DNA of 33,811 bases from an uncultured Verrucomicrobiae bacterium (GTDB lineage: Bacteria > Verrucomicrobiota > Verrucomicrobiia > Limisphaerales > JAFGQR01). The notes beneath the pieces are model-generated. The model was not told the origin of the DNA. It did not search any database and saw nothing but the letters and a program-made list of their open reading frames with translations. The position numbers were made by a program, and so were the translations under genes. Location of the stretch: positions 1-33,811 of the forward strand of contig CAWBHS010000051.1 in assembly GCA_963788655.1 (NCBI GenBank). Direction: 5' to 3'. Shown in pieces: positions 28,024 through 33,811 of this stretch. Position 1 is the first letter of the stretch. Every line of letters begins with the position of its first letter.

Positions 28024-29086
28024 GTGCGCAAATTGAACATCAACCTTCTGGAACTCGAGGGTGCGTTCGTGACGAACTTTCCCGAATCGCACTATTACCT
28101 GGACTTGGAAACCGGCGAGATGCTGATGGTGCAGGATGAATTCCGCGCGATCACTGGAGCGGTTGATGGCTGAAGCCGGGGCCGAGGCGGACGTGGAAAC
28201 CGTCGTCCGCCAATCCGACCTCCCCGGTTGGCAACAACAAGCCGTGCTCATGCTGCACCGCGTCGATGAAGATTACGGGGAGCGCATCGTAGCGGTGCCT
28301 TCCTCGACGGAGCCGGGCGAGAATTATCGTGTCATGCAGGATTTCATTGCCACGCTCAGCGACCCGCAGCTTAAGGAGTCCCTGACCCGCGCCATCCAGG
28401 GCAGGGGAGCGTTCGGCCGGTTTCGAAGCGTCTTGGGTCGCCATTTCCATGCCCGCGAGCAATTCCAGGCCTTCCAACAAAGCCGGGAGCGGGAACGCGT
28501 GTTGACTTGGCTGACCTCCTTGGACATCGAACCCGAAGATACGTCGCCCACGCTGGCGGTGACTGGTTCATTGCGACCGGCCGTGCGGCCCCATTTGCTG
28601 GAAGGAGTGCTAATGTTCGTGCGGGAAGCGGCCCGCTTGGAAGGTGTCGAACGTATTGCCCTGTTCGGCTCGCTGGCCACGGACGCGCCTTCGCCCGAAG
28701 ATGCCGACGTACTGGTGAGCATTCGAGACGACGTGCCGCTGTCGCCGTTGGCACGTGTGGCCCGAAGATTGAACGCGCACACCATGCATCTCGGGCGTGC
28801 CGGCAAGGTCTTTCTCGCCGATCCCCAAGGTCAGTATCTCGGCCGTACCTGTCCTTGGAAACAATGCGAGCCGAATTTGCACTTCGATTGCCTCGCTTTG
28901 CACTGCGGGCAACGCCAGTACCTTTACGACGATTTGAACAACATCACCCTTGCGGCTTCCACCATCCAAACGCCGCCCCTGGAACTGTGGCCGGCAGTCC
29001 GCGTGCGCGAGACAGCGCCGGAGGACGTCGAGCAATTCTTGTTGGCCCCGTTGCGAGTGGACGGTTCCGCCAAGCCTCAAGGTTGA
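28024..29086 (+). CDS. UPF0158-family domain fused to a minimal nucleotidyltransferase with Cys-rich tail; frameshift near 28146
   Basis: GTG 28024 frame: LELEGAF..YYLDLETGEML; ORF 28136: YRVMQDFI..AIQGRGAFGRFRSVL (UPF0158), LFGSLAT..PEDADVLV (Pol-beta NTase GS/DxD), GRTCPWKQC..DCLALHCG. Confidence 0.8.
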
Positions 29087-29099
29087 GAAAGAAACCTTT

Positions 29100-30299
29100 A
29101 TGAAACTACCCAAGCTACTTGCGGAGGAATTCCAGCAGAAACGGGGGCATGCGCCGTTGGTGGCAGTGCGCTCCATGTATGATCTTCAGGGAGCGCTTGG
29201 CGAAACATACGTGGCGGCCGATGCGGAGGGCGCGGTGCTATTTGGCCGCACCATCGGCGGTTCGCGGGAGACACGTGTTTTGGCCTGGTCGGAAGTCCGG
29301 CAGGCAACGGTGCAAACCGAACAAGTGTTCGCTTTCCTGGAACTGCACCTGCCAACCGGCCCTGTTCGGTTGCAATTTTCCGGTTGGGACGCCCCGCGGT
29401 TGCGTCAGGTTGTCGAATTGTGGCGGGCCCATCAAGCGCCCGCTGCCACGACCACTTCGGCGGCATTGGCCGCGCCAGCAATCGCCGTGAGCCCGCCGCC
29501 GCAATTCCTTCCGGCGGTCACGCCGTTGGCCGCGTTCTGCGCCGGCATTCATGCCATGATCGAGTGTGATGGCCGTCTCGAACCGGCGGAACTGAATTTC
29601 CTTTCGCAGCGAATTCCCGACGCAAAAGCCATTCTGGAGGGGCATCAGTTTCTTCGCCAACACGGGATAAATACCTTGTGCCAGTGCGTGAATGCGGTTT
29701 TAAACGACGCTCAAAAACGATGCCTCTGGGCCAACCTCGTTGCGGTGGCGATGGTGGACGGTCTCTTGCAAAGCACCGAGCAGGAACTGCTGGAGCGTTT
29801 CCAGTCCGCACTCACCATTCCGGAGGAGGAGAAGCAAACCGTCTTCGAAGTGCTCATGGCCAAGAACAACTTGGCCGTCTTTGCCTCCGACGAAGGCGCC
29901 GCCGCGCTGGCGGATTCGGATGGGTTGACACCGTTGATGGCCTATTGCGCGGCGTTGCGGGCGATGATGGAAGCCGACCAGGACAGATCCCCGCGAGAGG
30001 AAGAATTACTCGTATCAACCGTCCCTTACCCGGAGGACATCCGGTTGGGGCAGGACTATTTGCAGGCTTACGATGTGGACCATCTGCTGGGTCGGTTGGC
30101 TTCGGTTTTGAACCACTCCCAACGGCTTTGTCTCGCAGCCAACCTGATCGCGTTGGCCATGGTTGATGGCGTCATCCACGGCTCCGAGCAGGAATTGCTG
30201 CATCGCTTCCAGCAAGCCATGGAGCTATCCGACGCGGACTATGTCCGGCTTTATGGGACGCTGCTGCTGAAAAACAGCTTTTCAATTTTTGGAAGCTGA
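29100..30299 (+). CDS. Protein with an N-terminal beta-rich domain and two tandem TerB-like domains
   Basis: Internal duplication: TPLAAFCAGIHAMIECDG..AEL..LWANLVAVAMVDGLLQSTEQELLERFQ..KNNLAVF and TPLMAYCAALRAMMEADQ..REE..LAANLIALAMVDGVIHGSEQELLHRFQ..KNSFSIF. Confidence 0.82.
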   Translation: MKLPKLLAEEFQQKRGHAPLVAVRSMYDLQGALGETYVAADAEGAVLFGRTIGGSRETRVLAWSEVRQATVQTEQVFAFLELHLPTGPVRLQFSGWDAPRLRQVVELWRAHQAPAATTTSAALAAPAIAVSPPPQFLPAVTPLAAFCAGIHAMIECDGRLEPAELNFLSQRIPDAKAILEGHQFLRQHGINTLCQCVNAVLNDAQKRCLWANLVAVAMVDGLLQSTEQELLERFQSALTIPEEEKQTVFEVLMAKNNLAVFASDEGAAALADSDGLTPLMAYCAALRAMMEADQDRSPREEELLVSTVPYPEDIRLGQDYLQAYDVDHLLGRLASVLNHSQRLCLAANLIALAMVDGVIHGSEQELLHRFQQAMELSDADYVRLYGTLLLKNSFSIFGS

Positions 30300-30349
30300 G
30301 ACGGCAGTTTTTGCGTGCTTTTCTGCCGAGCAGAATTAAACTTCACCAC

Positions 30350-31543
30350 ATGTTTTGGATCATCGCGTTGGTCATCATAGGTATCGGGGCGGCTGAGGGT
30401 TATTTCACCGGGGCCGTGCGGGCTGCCTTTGCATTCCTGGCCTTGGTGCTGGCTTGTAGTCTGTCGGTGCCCCTGTCATCGATGGGCAAACCAATCGTGT
30501 CACTGTTCGGCTTCAAGAACTCCGTGGTGGTGGCGTTGTTGGCGCCGATTGTCGTCTGGATCATTATCGTGCTGGTGGTACGGGCCCTCGGCGAGTCGGC
30601 CAATTACAAAATTAACTACTACTTCAAATACAAGGTCGGCGACGAAATGCGGTTATTCTGGCAGCGAATGACCCAACGAGTGGGTTTGTGCGTGGGGGTG
30701 CTGAACGGCGGGCTTTATTTCTTCGCCTTTTCCGTGGTCTTGTATGTGGTCGGGTATCCGATTATTCAAGTGTCATCCGATTCCGATCAGAATTCGTTCA
30801 TGTTGCGCACCGTGGGTCAACTGAGCGAAAGCATGAAGGACACCGGGATGGACAAAGCCGTGACGCCGTTTGTGCCCGGGTCGAAGCTGTTCTATGACGC
30901 TTCGGACACGATCGGTCTGTTATACCAAAACCCCAAGCTGGAGACGCGCTTGGGCAATTACCCGCCGTTCCTGAGCTTGATGGAGCGACCGGAGTTCGCC
31001 GCCCTGGCCACGAACCGGGACTTTCAAAAGGTGTGGTTGAGCCAATCAGCGGTCGGGGAACTGTTGCAAGAAGGACCAATCCAGAACCTCATCACCAATG
31101 AGCAATATTACACGGTGGTACAGGACGCGCTCGGCGGGGATTTGAATGACTTGCAGGAGTATCTTAAGACGGGCGTTTCGCCGAAATTCGCCGACATCCT
31201 GATTCTGGGAAAATGGCACTTTGCCATGAACCGTTCGTACAAGCTGGCCCGGCGCGCCAATATCAGTGCCTCGCCCTTGGAGCGGTTATTAGTGCGGCGG
31301 ACGCTGGAAAGCACCATGGGCAAGTCGGTCTTGACCGCGTTTGTGGACAACAAAGTGTTGCTGCGGGCGCCGGGTACCAACAAAACCGAGCGGGTCGTCC
31401 GCGGCACTTGGAAGCAAAACAACCGGAACACTTACACCATCAGTCTGGATGAGGGCGGGCACCAGGCAAAGGCAGAAGCAGACGTGGAGGAGCACACGAT
31501 GAACTTCAAAATGTTCGGCCTCCCCCTGGTCTTTTTGAAGTGA
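30350..31543 (+). CDS. CvpA-family membrane protein with a long C-terminal soluble domain
   Basis: EGYFTGAVRAAF, four hydrophobic helices, RVGLCVGVLNG; about 240-aa soluble extension. Confidence 0.75.
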   Translation: MFWIIALVIIGIGAAEGYFTGAVRAAFAFLALVLACSLSVPLSSMGKPIVSLFGFKNSVVVALLAPIVVWIIIVLVVRALGESANYKINYYFKYKVGDEMRLFWQRMTQRVGLCVGVLNGGLYFFAFSVVLYVVGYPIIQVSSDSDQNSFMLRTVGQLSESMKDTGMDKAVTPFVPGSKLFYDASDTIGLLYQNPKLETRLGNYPPFLSLMERPEFAALATNRDFQKVWLSQSAVGELLQEGPIQNLITNEQYYTVVQDALGGDLNDLQEYLKTGVSPKFADILILGKWHFAMNRSYKLARRANISASPLERLLVRRTLESTMGKSVLTAFVDNKVLLRAPGTNKTERVVRGTWKQNNRNTYTISLDEGGHQAKAEADVEEHTMNFKMFGLPLVFLK

Positions 31544-31602
31544 CCGCTTTGACTCGGCTGTATTCCTCACTGTATCCGCCCACGCTAAGCCGTGACTATT
31601 CA

Positions 31603-31626
31603 GTAGGACAGGCGTCTCGCCTGTCC
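31603..31626. repeat. GTAG-type REP hairpin
   Basis: gta ggacaggcg tct cgcctgtcc: 9-bp stem. Confidence 0.7.
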
Positions 31627-31703
31627 CGAACGAGTGCAAACCAACGACTTGTATCACGGCGCCGCGAGTATTTCTATGTCACCAAACGGTGAGGATGCCT
31701 TAG

Positions 31704-33811
31704 CCTGACCTCGTTTATCAGTTAACGTTATCGGATCGTTTTCCGAGAATTATTGTTATGTAAGTTGCTGATTGACAGCGATCGCCCAGTTCGCGTGCTC
31801 TGTAGGGACTATAAATGGCAAAATCTCCACTATTCCTTTGACCTCCCCGTGGCCCCACCTTACTGTGCTCGCAAGAACCCAATGTTTTTCCGGCGCAAGA
31901 AGTCCCCTTCGGGTCGGGTGCTCCAACTCTTGGAGTCTTACCGTAACCCCCAAGGCCAACCGCGGCACCGCGTGGTGATCTCGCTGGGCGACGCCCCCTT
32001 GGCGCAAGAGGATTGGAAAGCGGTGGCGGCGGCAGTCGCCGACCAACTCTACGGCCAACCCCCACTGCTGGCGGCACAGGTTTCGACCCGAGCCCAGCAG
32101 TACGTGGACTCGATTACCCGGCGGGTGCTGCGCGAAGGTCGTTGGCTGCCTTTGCGCCCCGTCGTGGCTGACCCGCAAGCCCAAAGCTTGGACGGCGTGT
32201 TGGTGGACCAGGTCAGCCATAGTCAAAGCGCTGTCCTGGGACCGGTGCTCTTGGCGCACCACGCCTGGAAGGAATTGGATTTGCCCGCCGCCTTGAGCGG
32301 CCTGGGCTTCAACCCGACGCAGCAAGCGCTGGCCGCGGCAGCGGTGATCAACCGACTGGTCGAACCCTTGAGCGAACATGCCCTGGCGGAGTGGCTGGCG
32401 GGCACCGCGCTGCCCGACCTTCTGGGCGAGGGGATTCTCAAGGGGGATTCCAACCGCTTCTATTATGTCAGTGACGCGCTGCTACGCCAGCAGGTGAAGC
32501 TGGAAGCGCACCTGCGTGAGCAGCAGGCCCGGCATTTCCCCTATCCGCGGACGATTCTGCGATGATCTGACCAACACGCACTTTGAGGGGGAGGCCCGGG
32601 GCAATCCCAAGGCCAAGCGTGGCAAGAACAAGCAAGGCCGCAGTGATTGTCCGCAAGTCGTCGTCGGGATGGTGTACGACGAACAGGGCTTTGAGCTGGC
32701 CCACCGGACCTTTGCGGGCAACCAGTCTGACAGCACCAGCCTGGTGAGGATGGTCGAGAGTTTGCGGCAGGCGGCGGGTTACGCGGAGTCGGCAGAACTG
32801 CTACCCCCAGCCAAGGTATTGGTCATTGTGGATGCGGGGGTGGCGACGGTGGCCAACTTGAAACTCTTGGCGGCAGCCCATTTCCACTATCTGGTCAACG
32901 ACACGCGGCGGGGACGTAAAAAGTGGCAGGCGCAGTTTTCGCAAGAGGACCAATTTGAGGTTTTGCCCGGGCGGGAGGACCGGCCCGAGGTGAAGGTGCG
33001 GGCGGTGGACCTCAAGGGCCAAGTGCGGTTGGTGCTTTGCAAGAGCCAGGGGCGGCGGCAGAAGGAACTGGCCATCCGCAGCGGGGCGGAGACCCGCTTT
33101 GTGGCTGGTTTGGAAAAGCTGCATGCCCGGCTGCAAAAGGGGCAACTGATCGACGGGGCCAAAGCCCAACGCGCCTTGGGCAAGATCCTGGCGCGGGCGA
33201 CGCGAGTTCAACGCTTTTACCAGGTCGAGTTGAAGGATCCGACCAACCTGCGGGCGGGACTGGCTTGGCAGCGCAAGGATGGCCTTCGGGCGCAAGACGA
33301 GCAACTGCTGGGGTGTTATGTCTTGCGCACGGACCGCTCGGAGTTGATGCCCAGCAGTTGTGGGAACTCTACGTCTTGCTCAGCCGGGCCGAAGATGGCT
33401 TTGCGGCGCTCAAGGGCGATTTGGGGTTGCGCCCCAACTATCATCAACTGGAGGGGCGGGTGGACGCCCACATCTTTCTGAGCGTCCTCGGGTATCAGCT
33501 TTTGCGCTTTATCACCTATCATCTGGAACAGAAAGGAGGCCATCGCGATTGGCCGACCTTGCGCCGGGTATTACAGACACACTGCTACGCCACCGTCAGC
33601 CTGCCGACGCGCAGCGGGACGGCGTGAACGTGCGCCGGCCCGGCACTCCGGAGCGTTGCCATCAACAAATCTATGAGCAGTTTGGAATCGACTGGAAAGA
33701 GCTGCCGACCAAGAAAATTACGGCCGCCGTAGAAACGCCAGCGACTTGGTAGTGCCTAAAAAAGGCGACCGTTGATGACCAATAGCTTGCAGACTAAAAA
33801 AACGAACTAAG
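31704..33811 (+). mobile_element. IS1634-family insertion sequence (right end at or just beyond the window edge)
   Basis: Transposase remnant inside; candidate imperfect ends cctgacctcgtt (31704) and aacgaactaag (33801-33811); subterminal similarity taagttgctgattgacagcg vs reverse-complement caagctattggtcatcaacg. Boundaries approximate. Confidence 0.72.
31882..33752 (+). pseudogene. IS1634-family DDE transposase with three frameshifts (~32560, ~33347, ~33624)
   Basis: MFFRRKK..LLESYRN..QPRHRVVISLG; DLTNTHFEG, AKRGKNKQGRSDCPQVVVG, FAGNQSD, IVDAGVAT, GCYVLRT; YVLLSRAEDGFAALKGDLGLRPNYHQLEGRVDAHIF. Confidence 0.88.

Overview
A 33.8 kb GC-rich bacterial window; REP families, gene content and cox gene order suggest Verrucomicrobiota (inference). 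From left to right: (1) 1-6.6 kb, carbohydrate genes: a decayed six-hairpin (GH65-like) glycosidase, a RhuM remnant, a GH29 alpha-L-fucosidase, a large membrane-anchored hypothetical protein and a DUF1080 protein. (2) 7.2-14 kb, a decayed island: type I R-M hsdM remnant, a truncated foreign gene, and a doubly truncated IS21 whose istB Walker B motif is interrupted by a RIT tyrosine-recombinase element with 102-bp perfect inverted repeats, a 32-bp terminal palindrome and an apparent RitA-RitB fusion. (3) 14-16 kb, ogt and two tail-anchored hypotheticals. (4) 16.3-24.7 kb, an 11-gene aa3-type cytochrome c oxidase cluster; subunit I keeps all metal ligands and the D-channel but lacks the canonical K-channel Lys and Ser. 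(5) ribH and ribBA. (6) 27-31.5 kb, a signal-peptide-bearing O-methyltransferase, a UPF0158-nucleotidyltransferase fusion, a double-TerB protein and a CvpA-family gene. (7) A frameshifted IS1634-family element running to the window end. About ten small frameshifts, including in cox subunit III and ribBA, suggest long-read indel errors, so most frameshift calls need read-level checks. All assignments are by motif recognition; no searches were run.
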